Source: an uncultured bacterium (GTDB taxonomy: Bacteria > Patescibacteriota > Minisyncoccia > UBA6257 > 2-01-FULL-56-20). From it: DNA of 64,000 nt. Position numbers and translations under genes: made by a program. Shown one piece after another: positions 1 to 11,014 of this stretch (its first letter is position 1; each line of letters starts with the position of its first letter). The notes beneath the pieces are model-generated. The model made no database searches. It saw only the letters and a list, made by a program, of their open reading frames with translations, and was not told the DNA's origin. Location: positions 556,011-620,010 of the forward strand of contig OY970175.1 of the NCBI GenBank assembly GCA_963707865.1, read 5' to 3'.

Positions 1-1300
1 TCATGATCTCAAGATCGGGTATCGCCACACGGATCCGATCGCCTTTTTTATACACCTTTCCACCATGCACATAATTCGGTCCCGTATATTCATATTCATC
101 ACACACCTTGAATGACCTGATACCATCCAAAACGTCTAATTTCGTGAGAATCACATTCGGCCCGGTGAGCTTGACCGCCGAATAGCGGACAAGGGGAAGG
201 TCAAGCCATCCGGTGCGGCGTGCACGACCGGTGGTTGCGCCGTATTCATTCCCTTTTTGCCGAATCGCGATCCCCTGCACGAATTCGTCCGGATCGTTTA
301 TGGAAGCGTTTGGATAATTTTCCGCCTCCGTCCTTCGGCTCGCACGCCTTACATGCTCGGCAGATCGTCCACCCCCGAGCTCAGTTGGAAACGGCCCTTC
401 GCCGACGCGCGTCATGTAGAAGGCCTTAACAATACCAAAAGTAAGATCAACGTTCTGCTCGCGGAGCCCTACGCCCTTCGCAAGCCCCTGGATGGAGCAA
501 TCCGACGACGTGACATACGGATACGTTCCGTAATCAACGGAGAGCATGTTGCCCTGTGCGCCTTCAAGAAGAATTTTCTTTTTGTGAAGGAGTTCGCGCA
601 GCATCGCATCGGTATCTGCGATGAACGGGCGCAACGCTTTCCCATATTGCAGATAGCGCTTTGCGATGCGCTCGGTGTTAAAAATATTTTTCGGATGATA
701 AAACTCGCCGCGGCGCAAAATATCCTGATACATGATCTCGCGGACGACGCGCGGATCGTACGTCTTGATCAATCGGATTTTCTCCTCCAAATTCCTACGC
801 AATTTTTTCCTGAATACTTTTGGGTTCAGAAGATCGTTCACTATGAGCCCCAAGCGTGCGACGTGGTCGGTATACGCCGGCCCCATGCCGCGGCCCGTCG
901 TACCTATCTTTCCGGTTCCTCCCGATGCTTCTCGGACGCGGTCCAAAACAACATGCTGCGGCAGCACAAGCCGCGCGTTCAGAGCGATGCGCAACCGCTC
1001 CGGAGAAAGACCCGCCTTCGTAAACATCGCAATTTCGTCTAAAATCGTCCCGGGCTCCACGGCGACGCCCGAGCCAATTATATTGAGCTTCTTATGTAGC
1101 ATCCCCGACGGCAGAAGGTGGAATACAAATTCTTTTTTGCCCAATTTGACGGTGTGGCCCGCGTTCGCGCCACCCGTGCCGCGCGCGATGACGTCCGCCC
1201 AGTGCTCGGCGAAATAATCAACGAATTTCCCCTTTCCCGTGTCTCCCCACTGCGTGCAAACTATCCCCAGCGTCCGGACGCCCTTCAAAATATCACGCAT
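1..1300 (-). CDS. purA: Adenylosuccinate synthetase (3' end runs off the left edge; absent from the ORF track)
   Basis: Manual translation from ATG at 1300: [25 protein letters not shown]...GGANAGHT...LLEGAQG...GTYPYVTSS...EYGATTGRARRTGWLD; overlaps guaB stop. Confidence 0.95.
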   Translation of the reverse strand, partial: MRDILKGVRTLGIVCTQWGDTGKGKFVDYFAEHWADVIARGTGGANAGHTVKLGKKEFVFHLLPSGMLHKKLNIIGSGVAVEPGTILDEIAMFTKAGLSPERLRIALNARLVLPQHVVLDRVREASGGTGKIGTTGRGMGPAYTDHVARLGLIVNDLLNPKVFRKKLRRNLEEKIRLIKTYDPRVVREIMYQDILRRGEFYHPKNIFNTERIAKRYLQYGKALRPFIADTDAMLRELLHKKKILLEGAQGNMLSVDYGTYPYVTSSDCSIQGLAKGVGLREQNVDLTFGIVKAFYMTRVGEGPFPTELGGGRSAEHVRRASRRTEAENYPNASINDPDEFVQGIAIRQKGNEYGATTGRARRTGWLDLPLVRYSAVKLTGPNVILTKLDVLDGIRSFKVCDEYEYTGPNYVHGGKVYKKGDRIRVAIPDLEIM

Positions 1301-2792
1301 GGTCTCTCCGATAGTTGGGCGCGTCGCGTACAATGCGTACTCCGTGGGGATGGGATTCTCTGATGCCGACGGCGCTGATACGGATGAACTCTGCCTTACT
1401 CCGCAGCTCTTCAATCGTCCGCGCGCCGACGTATCCCATCCCTTTTTGCAAACCGCCGACATACTGGTGCATCACGCTTTCCAATTCACCGATGTACGGC
1501 ACCACTCCTTCCACCCCCTCCGGCACGAACCGGTCTTTCGCCGTATTCGCCTCGCGATACCGCTCGCGTGAACTACGGCTCTCTTCCATCGCGGAAAGCG
1601 ACCCCATGCCGCGGTATCGCTTCATCGGCGTTTCAAAACGGAAATCGACTTCTCCCGGCGCTTCTTTGGTGCCCGCAAGCAGTTTGCCGAGCATCACCGA
1701 ATGTGCTCCCGCGCCGATCGCGATCGGGATGTCGCCGGAATTCTCAATACCGCCGTCCGCGCAGATCGGCACGTCCGTTTTTTCAAGTGCTTTTGCCACT
1801 TCATAGGTCGCCGTGACTTGCGGACAACCAATCCCCGCCACGATCCGCGTTGTACATATAGAACCTGGGCCCTGGCCCACCTTCACTCCGTCAGCCCCCG
1901 CCGCGACGAGCCGCTTCGCCGATTCGCCCCGTGAAATATTGCCCGCCACGACATCAACGCGATACGCTTTCTTGAGCGCCTTAATCGTCTGGATAACGTC
2001 TTTTGAGTCACCGTGCGCGGTGTCAATGACCAAAACGTCCACAAATCCCTTAAGCGCTTCCGCCCGCTCCATCGCATCGTCATTCACGCCAATCGCCGCG
2101 CCGACGCGAAGCCGCCCATGGCTGTCAACGTTATATTTTCCCGATCGGCCGGATTTGATCCGCTTGAGATCAGAAAAGAGATACATACCGACAAGATTGC
2201 CCCTGTTCACAAGCGGAAGAACTTTTTTCTTCGCCTTGAGCATGACCTCATATGCCTTATCAATCGACGTGCCCTTGGGCGCCGTCACAAGGTCGCGCGT
2301 CATGACATCCTTCACCTTCTGCGATCCGTCGCCCGAAAAATCAAAATCGTTCTCGGTGATAAGGCCCGCGAGCTTGCCGCGCGCGTCCATGACGGGGAAA
2401 CTGTAGAAGGAAAACCCCTTCTCCCTGCGCATCGCTTCCACTTCCTGGAACGTCATGTCCTCGCGGATCGTTATCGGCGTCTCTATGAGGCCCGACAGGT
2501 GGAACTTCACGCGGCGGACCTCTTCGCTCTGCTCCTTGGGTGTAAACCCTCTGTGGATTACGCCCAAGCCGCCGAGCTTCGCCATCGCGATCGCCATCCG
2601 GCTCTCCGTCACCGTGTCCATCGCCGCGCTTGTGATCGGAATTTTGAGCGGCACGTTGCGCGAGAACCGGCTCGTGAGCACCGTGGCGCTCGGCATCACA
2701 TCGGAGTAGTCCGTCTTCAACCGCACTTCGTCGTAGGTCACCGCAAGACCGAGTCCGGCGAGCTGCTTAAAAAATGTATCACACTTCCGCAT
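1293..2792 (-). CDS. guaB: IMP dehydrogenase with CBS subdomain
   Basis: SAAMDTVTE, catalytic [22 protein letters not shown] motifs. Confidence 0.97.
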   Translation of the reverse strand: MRKCDTFFKQLAGLGLAVTYDEVRLKTDYSDVMPSATVLTSRFSRNVPLKIPITSAAMDTVTESRMAIAMAKLGGLGVIHRGFTPKEQSEEVRRVKFHLSGLIETPITIREDMTFQEVEAMRREKGFSFYSFPVMDARGKLAGLITENDFDFSGDGSQKVKDVMTRDLVTAPKGTSIDKAYEVMLKAKKKVLPLVNRGNLVGMYLFSDLKRIKSGRSGKYNVDSHGRLRVGAAIGVNDDAMERAEALKGFVDVLVIDTAHGDSKDVIQTIKALKKAYRVDVVAGNISRGESAKRLVAAGADGVKVGQGPGSICTTRIVAGIGCPQVTATYEVAKALEKTDVPICADGGIENSGDIPIAIGAGAHSVMLGKLLAGTKEAPGEVDFRFETPMKRYRGMGSLSAMEESRSSRERYREANTAKDRFVPEGVEGVVPYIGELESVMHQYVGGLQKGMGYVGARTIEELRSKAEFIRISAVGIRESHPHGVRIVRDAPNYRRDHA

Positions 2793-2803
2793 ATATGCAG
2801 TTC

Positions 2804-2832
2804 ATTATATTGAGTTTTCCAAATATTTGCAA
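2804..2832 (-). promoter_or_regulatory. Sigma70-type promoter for guaB-purA
   Basis: TTGCAA (2832-2827), 17 nt spacer, TATAAT (2809-2804), just upstream of the guaB ATG. Confidence 0.65.
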
Positions 2833-2985
2833 AAGCAAACACCCGTCCCAAAATGGCGAAAGGCAGGTCGCTATTTGCAACCTGCCCATCATATTCGCCG
2901 ATGGCATAGCATCCCAGATGATTCGTCTTGTCCATCATCATCTGTAAGCGCCTGCCCAAGGCCTCGGCGTGGGGCCTGTACTGAA

Positions 2986-3435
2986 TTAACTTGCAACAGT
3001 AAGCTCGAGGATACCGAGGAGCTCCCGCGCGAGATCAATAGCCGAGCGCCATTCATCCGTGGTGCCCGTAAGATAGTGCTCGCGGACAGGGTGCTTCTTC
3101 TCGGAAGCACGACTCACCTCAAGTATGACCATCGAACCAGTGCGAAACACCAAGACAAACTTGACTTCCTCCTTGTGCACAAGGAGGTGCCTCGCCACAT
3201 CGAACATCTCGACCGAAAATTCAGTGTCCGGAGCTTCCAAAATGACCGCCCGGCAGCTGTCTGGGATACACCGCGCGACCTCGTAAAATTCCGGTTCCCA
3301 CTCCGGCCCCCAGCTACCAACGGGCGGAAAGTAGAAACGGGTTGGATTCTTGAGCGTGAGAACTGAGATATCTCCCATGCCAAGAATCCTTTCTTCTTCT
3401 CCTCTGCACGTTACCGCAGTAATCTCTCTCGACAT
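2986..3435 (-). CDS. Hypothetical protein (149 aa) inserted in the pur cluster
   Basis: Fills the purM-guaB gap; GGAGGT Shine-Dalgarno upstream; no recognisable motif. Confidence 0.6.
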   Translation of the reverse strand: MSREITAVTCRGEEERILGMGDISVLTLKNPTRFYFPPVGSWGPEWEPEFYEVARCIPDSCRAVILEAPDTEFSVEMFDVARHLLVHKEEVKFVLVFRTGSMVILEVSRASEKKHPVREHYLTGTTDEWRSAIDLARELLGILELTVAS

Positions 3436-3501
3436 ATTTTGGGCTACCTCCAGAGCCGCCTATGTTATAACCTCTCCTGCCGTTTATAGCAAGGGTTTTG
3501 C

Positions 3502-4620
3502 CTATCCGGCGCCCGGCGGCGGTAGGGTGATATTTTCGGGTTCAAAAATGACTTCTCGGTTGCCTTCTTCCACGACGCCGAGGTCAAAAAGTTCGTAGCC
3601 GACTTTCTTGCCAAGGGAAACAGTCCGGTCAACTTCTTCCTTCGGCACAAAAAGATAATAGCCGACGCCCCAGTTGAAGGTCTTGAGGCAGTCGCGGAGG
3701 GAAACGCCGAGTCCGCGCATAAATTGAAAAAGCGGCGGCACGGCGGGCCAGTTTTGGATGCGATAGGTAAATGGCCTTTTATCAAACGCGAGCTTGCCGA
3801 TGCCGTCGCCCGTGCCAGGCAGGATCGCCGCGATTCGCACGCCGGCACTTTGGAGCGCCTCCACGAGTGCGACGTATGAGCGGGTTGGAATCAGAGCTTC
3901 TTCGCCGAGCGTGGTACCGTTCGGAAGCTTCGTGAGAAATTTGTCGGGAAGTTCCATCGCGCGCTTGATGACGAGCGAGATACCGTTCGCGTGCAAGCCG
4001 GAGGACACGGCGCCGACAATATGACATCCCGGCGCGAGCTCTTTTCCAGTGATGAGATTTGTATTTGGCGCGATGATGCCCGTCGCGCAACCCGATAGCG
4101 AAGGTGCGGCAAGGACCGGCGGCTCGGATCTCAAGAGATACTTGAGCGCGGGCGATTCCCCTGCAGGCAGGGCCATCCCGACCTCTTTGCAAATCTTGAA
4201 AAACCCTTCGGCCAAGTCGCGGCTGCGCTTCTCGTCCGAGAACCACGCCGCGTCGCCCACCGCAACCTCGTCGGTAAAAATGACGGGCATCGCGCCCTGT
4301 GCAATGAGATCGTTCACCGCCATGAGCGCCGCATCAGTGCCGATCGTTTCATAGTAGGTCCTGCCGGTACCGGCGTTCTGGTACATCCATTCCGCAATCC
4401 AATTCTTGTTGCCGAGCCCTTCCTGCGTTTTGCACCAGAGGTGCGGCTGGCCGCCACGATATTCAAACACCGCGCCGTGCGCGTGGAGCACATCGTCATT
4501 CACGTAAACGCCGCGACGGTTCGGGAAAGAAAGCGTCCGCTTCCCCATCGCGATCATCGCCTGCTTGAAGGGCTCCAATTGCGTGTAATCCACGCCTGCT
4601 TTTGCGTATTCACTTTTCAT
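3502..4620 (-). CDS. purM: Phosphoribosylformylglycinamidine cyclo-ligase (AIR synthase), divergent
   Basis: YAKAGVD N-terminus, AVNDLIAQGA, AGES, SSGLHANG, TFNWGVG; pur cluster context. Confidence 0.9.
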   Translation of the reverse strand: MKSEYAKAGVDYTQLEPFKQAMIAMGKRTLSFPNRRGVYVNDDVLHAHGAVFEYRGGQPHLWCKTQEGLGNKNWIAEWMYQNAGTGRTYYETIGTDAALMAVNDLIAQGAMPVIFTDEVAVGDAAWFSDEKRSRDLAEGFFKICKEVGMALPAGESPALKYLLRSEPPVLAAPSLSGCATGIIAPNTNLITGKELAPGCHIVGAVSSGLHANGISLVIKRAMELPDKFLTKLPNGTTLGEEALIPTRSYVALVEALQSAGVRIAAILPGTGDGIGKLAFDKRPFTYRIQNWPAVPPLFQFMRGLGVSLRDCLKTFNWGVGYYLFVPKEEVDRTVSLGKKVGYELFDLGVVEEGNREVIFEPENITLPPPGAG

Positions 4621-6029
4621 TCCCGCGCAAGCTTCTTCGCAATGCCAAGATAATTCTTCGGGGTGAAGCTTTTGAGTTCCTTTTTTAATTTGTCCGATAT
4701 CTTAAGGGAGTCCACGAAGGTGCGAATGTCGTCCAGAGTCACTTGTCGCCCGCGCGTAAGCTCCTTCAATTTTTCGTATGGCATGGGAACGCCCTCCCGG
4801 CGCAGAACGGTCTGGATCGCTTCGGAAATAATTTCAGGGTGTTCCATAAGCGCCTCTACAACTTTCGCTTCGTGTACCGAGATTCGTCCGAGGCCGTTCA
4901 GCAGATACGAGTAACCGATCGCACAATGCGCGAGCGCGACGCCGAAGTTCCGCAGGACGGTGGAGTCAGAGAGGTCGCGCTGCAGGCGCGATATGGGAAG
5001 TTTTGCAGAAAAATGAGCGAGGAGCGCGTTCGCAATCCCCAAATTGCCCTCGCTGTTCTCAAATTTTATCGGGTTCACTTTGTGCGGCATCGTGGAAGAA
5101 CCAACCTCGCCTTCTTTTGTTTTCTGCACGATCCACCCGTCGCTTATGTAGCGCCACACATCCTGGTCAAAATTGATGAGGATCGTATTGATGCGGCGAA
5201 GGGTATCAAAAAGCTCGGCATAGGTGTCGTACGGCTCTATCTGCGTCGTTACAAAACTCGGCTCAAGCGCCACGGCACCGCGACCGGAATGCAGCTGGTT
5301 CAAGCGAGCGATAAATCTTTTCGTGAACGCCATCCAATCAACTTTCGGGTACGCCGCCACATGTGCGTTGTAATTGCCGCTCGCGCCGTTCAGTTTTGCG
5401 AACACACGGGACGCGTTCAGCTGTTTCACTTGCCACGCAAGGCGTGTCCGGAATACGTTCATCTCTTTGCCGAAGGTTGTGGGTATCGCGGGCTGCCCGT
5501 GGGTCCGCGCAAGCATCGGCAAGGCCGCGTACCGTCTTGCGGATCGTTCCAATTCCGCAGCAATCTTCTCAAGTAACGGTGCAAGTACTTCGCGAATGGC
5601 GTCGCCGAGCATCAAGCTGTTTGCAAGGTTGTTCACATCCCAGGTAGTGAGCGCAAAATGCAGCCACCCCAGGGAATCCTTGAGCGAAGTCCTCTTAAGC
5701 TTCTCGCGCATAAAATATTCCACCGCCTTCACGTCATGGTCGGTCGCCTTGATGCCGCGATATCCCACACGCTCAATGTCGCTGATTATTTTTGCGTCCC
5801 TGAGTGACAGCTTGTAAAGGTTGCGGATAAGCCCTTTCTCGCGTTTGGAAAATTTACGGAGACCAACGCCGCGCGTCTCCGAGAGTGCGATAAGATATTC
5901 GCCTTCCACGACGAGCCGGTAGCGCATGAGTCCGGACTCGCTGAAAATCTTTGCAAGGCCTTCTCCATAGCTCCGATATCGCCCGTCCACGGGGCTTATC
6001 GCTGCAAGCTGATCTATGCGCGTATCCAT
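4617..6029 (-). CDS. purB: Adenylosuccinate lyase
   Basis: ISPVDGRY, ARTHGQPA, GSSTMPHKVNPIKFENSEGN, SRLQRDLSDS; start moved to ATG 6029. Confidence 0.96.
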   Translation of the reverse strand: MDTRIDQLAAISPVDGRYRSYGEGLAKIFSESGLMRYRLVVEGEYLIALSETRGVGLRKFSKREKGLIRNLYKLSLRDAKIISDIERVGYRGIKATDHDVKAVEYFMREKLKRTSLKDSLGWLHFALTTWDVNNLANSLMLGDAIREVLAPLLEKIAAELERSARRYAALPMLARTHGQPAIPTTFGKEMNVFRTRLAWQVKQLNASRVFAKLNGASGNYNAHVAAYPKVDWMAFTKRFIARLNQLHSGRGAVALEPSFVTTQIEPYDTYAELFDTLRRINTILINFDQDVWRYISDGWIVQKTKEGEVGSSTMPHKVNPIKFENSEGNLGIANALLAHFSAKLPISRLQRDLSDSTVLRNFGVALAHCAIGYSYLLNGLGRISVHEAKVVEALMEHPEIISEAIQTVLRREGVPMPYEKLKELTRGRQVTLDDIRTFVDSLKISDKLKKELKSFTPKNYLGIAKKLARE

Positions 6030-6042
6030 GTTGTTCGGGTTA

Positions 6043-7320
6043 TTACAAAGCTTTTGCGCCGATATCCTTTCTATAATACATCTTTTCAAATTTTATTTTT
6101 CCCACCCCCGCGTACGCCCTGCGGAGCGCCTCCGCGAGTGTCGGTCCCGTTGCACTTACGCCGAGTACTCTCCCGCCTGACGTGACGAGTGCGCCATCCG
6201 CGAGCTTGGTTCCGGCATGAAACACCACAACGCCTTCTATTTTCTCCGCTTCGGGAATGCCCGCGACCGGAAATCCTTTTTCGTACGCGCCGGGATACCC
6301 GCCCGATGCCATCACAACGCACACCGCATAGCCCGAACTCCACTCTATAAAAATCTCTTTCAATCTCCCGGAAGCGCACGCATAAAAAATATCCAGAAGG
6401 TCGGCCTTCAAGAGTCGCATGAGTGATTGCGTCTCGGGATCGCCAAAGCGCGCGTTGAACTCAAGCACTTTAGGCCCTTCGGGAGTGATCTTCAACCCGG
6501 GATACAAACACCCCGAAAAGGTGCACCCTTTTTTCTTCATGGCGCGGAGCGTGGGATCAAGGATCGTCTGCGCGATCTGGTTTTGAAGCTCGTCGGTCAC
6601 CCATGGCACAGGAGCGATCGTCCCCATGCCGCCGGTGTTCGACCCCGTGTCGCCCTCGCCCACCGGTTTGTGGTCCTGCGCGGTGGGCATCATCGCGCGC
6701 GAGATTCCGTCGGAGAATGCGTGAACGGAAATTTCCTGCCCTTCCAAAAATTCCTCTATTACCACTTCGTTCCCCGCATCTCCGAACGTGCGGTCAACCA
6801 TAATGCTTTTAAGCGCGGCCTTCGCTTCCTCCATTGTATTACAAACCATCGCTCCCTTCCCAAGTGCAAGCCCGCTCGCCTTCACAACGATCGGCACGGA
6901 TTGCGATGCAAGGTATCGCGATGCTTCGTCGTAATCCGTGAATACCTGGAACGCCGCCGTAGGAATATATTCTTCCTGCATGAGCTGCTTTGCGAACGCT
7001 TTTGAGGCCTCTATTTGCGCCGCCGCCTTCGTCGGGCCAAATACCAAAAACTTTTCTTTTTGAAATTGATCCACAATGCCGAGCGCGAGAGGATCGTCAG
7101 GGCCCACAACCACAAGATCAATGGACGATTTTTTTGCGAACGCGATAAGCGCCGGAATGTCGTCCGCTTTTATAGGAATGTTTTCGGCGAGCGACCCAAG
7201 CGAAGCAGTACCACCGTTCCCGGGCGCAATGAAAAGCTTCCCGAGCCGCGGCGACTGCGCAAGCTTCCACGCGAGCGCGTGTTCCCGCCCGCCGCTCCCT
7301 ATCAAAAGCACATTCATCAT
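6043..7320 (-). CDS. purD: Phosphoribosylamine-glycine ligase
   Basis: GSGGREHALAW, KASGLALGKG, QDHK, NTGGMG, EFNARFGDPETQ. Confidence 0.97.
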   Translation of the reverse strand: MMNVLLIGSGGREHALAWKLAQSPRLGKLFIAPGNGGTASLGSLAENIPIKADDIPALIAFAKKSSIDLVVVGPDDPLALGIVDQFQKEKFLVFGPTKAAAQIEASKAFAKQLMQEEYIPTAAFQVFTDYDEASRYLASQSVPIVVKASGLALGKGAMVCNTMEEAKAALKSIMVDRTFGDAGNEVVIEEFLEGQEISVHAFSDGISRAMMPTAQDHKPVGEGDTGSNTGGMGTIAPVPWVTDELQNQIAQTILDPTLRAMKKKGCTFSGCLYPGLKITPEGPKVLEFNARFGDPETQSLMRLLKADLLDIFYACASGRLKEIFIEWSSGYAVCVVMASGGYPGAYEKGFPVAGIPEAEKIEGVVVFHAGTKLADGALVTSGGRVLGVSATGPTLAEALRRAYAGVGKIKFEKMYYRKDIGAKAL

Positions 7321-8060
7321 CCCTGCGGAAAAAGAAGTATGGCGGCCTTTTTCGCTTCGTTAAGCATAGTTTCTTCTCCTTTGCGGACAAGCGGCGTTTC
7401 GCGCACGAGCTCCTGCACGCGATCGTTCATAAAATCCTCTAGGGTTGCGATCTGCGTTTCGTGCTCCAAGGGGAGCAGCCGCGCCGCGAGCGACTTCGGA
7501 TCATCATCCGGCAGGATTGCGAGCCGCGTGCGCGCGAGGACCGCGCCTTCGTCAAACTGCACCGCCACGCGCTGCGCCGTTGCCTCCGTCCAGAAATCGC
7601 GGTTTACGCTCCGCACAAATAAGAGCCGCGCCGCGTGGACACGCAGGCCGAACATCCCCTTGCCCCCGAAATCGGGGCGGCCGGGATCAAGCGGCCCCGG
7701 GTGCTGGTTGATCATGGCATTGCGAAATGCGGCAATCACGTTGCCGGGCGTTTTGATCATCCATCCGTACTGGCCGACGATATCAACGGCTTGCTCCTTG
7801 AGGACTTTCAAAATCGCGCTTCCGAACTCTTCTTCGTTTGCGAATTTCTTCGGCTCAATAACAAAAATGTCCTCGCGCAACATTCCCAACCGCTCCATTT
7901 TTTTAATCGCCCCGGCATCGGATCTGCTTGCGACAAGGCACGCGGGAATTATTCCCGAAAGCCGCCCGGCGTGGCACGCCGTGACGATTGCTTCCGCGGT
8001 CGTGCCGCCCCCCGAAGCAAGTATGGCCAAACGAAACGTTTTCATGCCTTTCATGCCCAA
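7317..8060 (-). CDS. purN: Phosphoribosylglycinamide formyltransferase
   Basis: ILASGGGT, NQHPGPL, FGGKGMFG, FDEG; between purF and purD; start may be a few codons downstream. Confidence 0.88.
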   Translation of the reverse strand: MGMKGMKTFRLAILASGGGTTAEAIVTACHAGRLSGIIPACLVASRSDAGAIKKMERLGMLREDIFVIEPKKFANEEEFGSAILKVLKEQAVDIVGQYGWMIKTPGNVIAAFRNAMINQHPGPLDPGRPDFGGKGMFGLRVHAARLLFVRSVNRDFWTEATAQRVAVQFDEGAVLARTRLAILPDDDPKSLAARLLPLEHETQIATLEDFMNDRVQELVRETPLVRKGEETMLNEAKKAAILLFPQG

Positions 8061-9457
8061 GTTTCCTGCAGAGCCGGTATACCGACTTCCGCCTTCCGTT
8101 CACGGATGTCCAGGGGATATTTTCCGGTGAAACAGGACGTGCACAGTTTGTCTTCGGGAACACCGATCCCTCTGAGAATCCCCTGATACGAAAGATAGTG
8201 GAGAGAGGTCGCGCCCAGAAATTCCCTTATCTCGGGAATGGTCTTTTGGAAGGCGAGGAGGCGCGCTTGCCTAGGCGTGTCAATACCGTAAAAATCGGGA
8301 AAGCGCACGGGCGGAGAGTTCACTAAGAAATGCACTTCTTTCGCGCCCGCTTCAAAGAGGATCTTTACGATCTGCGGGCTCGTGTTGCCACGCACGATGG
8401 AATCGTCTATTACGATGACGCGCTTGCCACCCACGATATCGGGGATGGCCGCAAGCTTCGTTTTCACCCCCTGCTTGCGCATCCGGTCGTCCGGATCAAT
8501 GAATGTGCGGTACACATAGCGATTTTTGACGAGTGCGAGTTCCAAAGGGATCCCCGACTCTTCTGAGTAACCGACGGCGGCGGGCAGGCCGGTTTCGGGG
8601 ATGGGGATCACCATGTCGGCATCAATTTTCCGCTCCCGTGCAAGTTCAATGCCGCACCGCTTGCGTGCGGCGTACACCGAGGTCCCCAAAAGCACGCTGC
8701 TTGAGCGCGCGAAATAGACGAATTCAAAGATGTCCAGCTTTTGATCGGGCGGCACAAGTTGAACTGACCTCATGCCTTTCTCGTCCACCACGATCATCTC
8801 ACCGGGAAGGACGTCGCGCATGAAAGTCGCTCCGACCGTAGGAAAGCTGCACGTCTCGGAAGAGAACGTAAACCCACCGTTCAACTGCCCCATAGAGAAC
8901 GGCTTGAGGCCATAGGGATCGCGCACGGCAACGAGCGTCGTCTTGTCCATAATGAGAAGCGAGAACGAGCCGGTGAAAAGTGGGTAGGCCTTCCGCACCG
9001 CGTCCTCAAGCGGAAGACCCTGCTTCGTGAAATGTTCGATGGCGAGTGTCATCATGTAGGAATCCGAGCGGCCTGTCACGTCCACCCCTTCTTTTTTCAA
9101 AAATTCCTCAAGTACCTTCACGCTTGGCAGGTTGCCGTTGTGCGCAAGCGCGATATGCCCATCCCCCGTCATGATCGGCTGTGCGTGCCGAATGCCGGTT
9201 CCCGATGAAGTGGAGTATCGGTTCTGGCCGATCGCAATGTGCCCTTTCAAACTATCAATTTTTGCTTCGTCAAAAACCTGCGTGATAAGACCGTTGCCTT
9301 TTTGGCATTCAAGGCGTGTGCCGTCGGCGGTCGCCATTCCTGCACTCTCCTGCCCGCGGTGCTGGATGGCAAGAACGCCGAAGAACGTGATCCGCGCCAC
9401 ATCCATGCCTTTTCCGTAAATGCCAAAGACGCCGCACTTCTCATTGAGTTCGTGCAT
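8051..9457 (-). CDS. purF: Amidophosphoribosyltransferase
   Basis: EKCGVFG, QHRGQESAG, HNGNL, VIDDSIVRGNT, FYGIDTP. Confidence 0.97.
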   Translation of the reverse strand: MHELNEKCGVFGIYGKGMDVARITFFGVLAIQHRGQESAGMATADGTRLECQKGNGLITQVFDEAKIDSLKGHIAIGQNRYSTSSGTGIRHAQPIMTGDGHIALAHNGNLPSVKVLEEFLKKEGVDVTGRSDSYMMTLAIEHFTKQGLPLEDAVRKAYPLFTGSFSLLIMDKTTLVAVRDPYGLKPFSMGQLNGGFTFSSETCSFPTVGATFMRDVLPGEMIVVDEKGMRSVQLVPPDQKLDIFEFVYFARSSSVLLGTSVYAARKRCGIELARERKIDADMVIPIPETGLPAAVGYSEESGIPLELALVKNRYVYRTFIDPDDRMRKQGVKTKLAAIPDIVGGKRVIVIDDSIVRGNTSPQIVKILFEAGAKEVHFLVNSPPVRFPDFYGIDTPRQARLLAFQKTIPEIREFLGATSLHYLSYQGILRGIGVPEDKLCTSCFTGKYPLDIRERKAEVGIPALQETWA

Positions 9458-9469
9458 GTTGTTCGTACG

Positions 9470-10444
9470 TTACGGTTTATGCAGGACAAACGCCTCTAAA
9501 TTTTTTCTTATGCGATCCAACGCCGGCATCGTGAAGTCCGGCGCGAACGTCCGTCCCGTGATCTGTTCAAAAATCTTCACGTACCGGCTCGCGAGTTCCA
9601 CCACCATCTCGCGCGGCGCCTCGGGCAACACGGCGTCCTTATAAGGATCGCAATGTTCCTTGAACCAAAGCCGCAAAAACTCCTTGTCAAAATTTTCTGG
9701 CTCTTCGCCCTTTGCAATGCGCGCCTCGTAACTTGCCTGCTGCCAATAGCGGGAAGAATCAGGAGTATGTATCTCGTCAATAAGCATCACTTCTCCTTTT
9801 GGAGAAATGCCGAATTCATATTTCGTGTCCACAAGGATCAAACCGCGCTGTTTCGCCAGTTCCTCACCGCGCGCGAAAAGGCGCATCGCCAAATCTTCAA
9901 TTTGCTCCCATATTTCTTTCTTCACAAGCCCTTCGTTTATGATCTCATCCCGCGTGATCGGCCGATCGTGCGTATCTGATTTCGTAGCGGGCGTGAGAAT
10001 GGCGTGCGGCAGTTTTTGGTTCTTTTTCATCCCTTCGGGCAGGGTAAGGTCGCCAAACCGTCGTTCGCCTTTTTGATAAAGCGTCCAAATGGAGGTCCCA
10101 GTAACACCTGTAATGTAGGCGCGCGGGACAAGCTCTATTGGAATCACCTCGCACCTTTCCGTCACCATCACGTTCGAATCGGGAATCGCAATCACGTGGT
10201 TTTTCACGATATCCACGGTCTTTTCAAACCAAAACGTGCTTACTTGTGTAAGCACGTTTCCCTTGAACGGGATGAGGCACAGATTCCTGTCAAACGCGGA
10301 GTAGCGGTCGGTTGCGACAAGGATCAGCCGGTCAGGCTGCACGTACACATCACGCACTTTCCCCGAGCGGCGCTCGCCAAGGTCGCGGAAATCGGTCTTC
10401 TCAATAACATCCCCAATGTGCGCTTCTATGGTTGCCTTATCCAT
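9470..10444 (-). CDS. purC: SAICAR synthase
   Basis: [43 protein letters not shown]. Confidence 0.97.
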   Translation of the reverse strand: MDKATIEAHIGDVIEKTDFRDLGERRSGKVRDVYVQPDRLILVATDRYSAFDRNLCLIPFKGNVLTQVSTFWFEKTVDIVKNHVIAIPDSNVMVTERCEVIPIELVPRAYITGVTGTSIWTLYQKGERRFGDLTLPEGMKKNQKLPHAILTPATKSDTHDRPITRDEIINEGLVKKEIWEQIEDLAMRLFARGEELAKQRGLILVDTKYEFGISPKGEVMLIDEIHTPDSSRYWQQASYEARIAKGEEPENFDKEFLRLWFKEHCDPYKDAVLPEAPREMVVELASRYVKIFEQITGRTFAPDFTMPALDRIRKNLEAFVLHKP

Positions 10445-10931
10445 TGGTTTCCATTTTCTTTGCTTTTTCCATCACGCCGTCGCCAAGCTTCCGCTTGTAA
10501 TCCAAAATCTTTTTTTGGAGCGCCGCATCGCCCGCTCCCAAAATCTGCACGGCGAGGATGGCGGCGTTCTTCGCACCGTTGATCGCCACAGTCGCGACGG
10601 GAACTCCGGGCGGCATCTGGACGGTGGAATATAACGAATCAAGACCATTCAAGGTCTTGGATTGTATGGGAACTCCGATCACAGGAAGCGGCGTCATCGC
10701 GGCAGTCACTCCCGCAAGGTGCGCGGCGCCGCCGGCTCCCGCGATGATCACTTTCAGACCGCGGTCCACGGCGCTCTTTGCGTACTCATACGCCCGGTCC
10801 GGCGTGCGGTGCGCGGAGATAACCGTCATCTCATACGGCACGCCGAATTCCTTGAGCGCGTCCGCCGCCTCCTGCATCACGGGCAGATCGGAATCGGAAC
10901 CCATAATAATACCTACGAGGGGCTTAGGCAT
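10437..10931 (-). CDS. purE: N5-CAIR mutase / AIR carboxylase
   Basis: [35 protein letters not shown]. Confidence 0.97.
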   Translation of the reverse strand: MPKPLVGIIMGSDSDLPVMQEAADALKEFGVPYEMTVISAHRTPDRAYEYAKSAVDRGLKVIIAGAGGAAHLAGVTAAMTPLPVIGVPIQSKTLNGLDSLYSTVQMPPGVPVATVAINGAKNAAILAVQILGAGDAALQKKILDYKRKLGDGVMEKAKKMETNG

Positions 10932-11014
10932 TGTTCTCGGTCAATTATGCCCTTATTCTACCATACCCGTGGATTGCCACGCCAGCTGGCCGCTCCACCA
11001 CCGCATCGCTATAG

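Noticed and set aside
257-1042. 261-aa plus-strand ORF and similar long antisense ORFs (e.g. 7015-8130, 13338-14399, 22179-23366, 30845-31606)
   Set aside because: Shadows of clearly identified minus-strand genes; no motifs of their own
1-1300. PurA homologue as PurZ (Z-genome pathway), given the nearby HD enzyme
   Set aside because: Catalytic Asp in QWGD is retained and the gene lies in an ordinary pur/gua cluster
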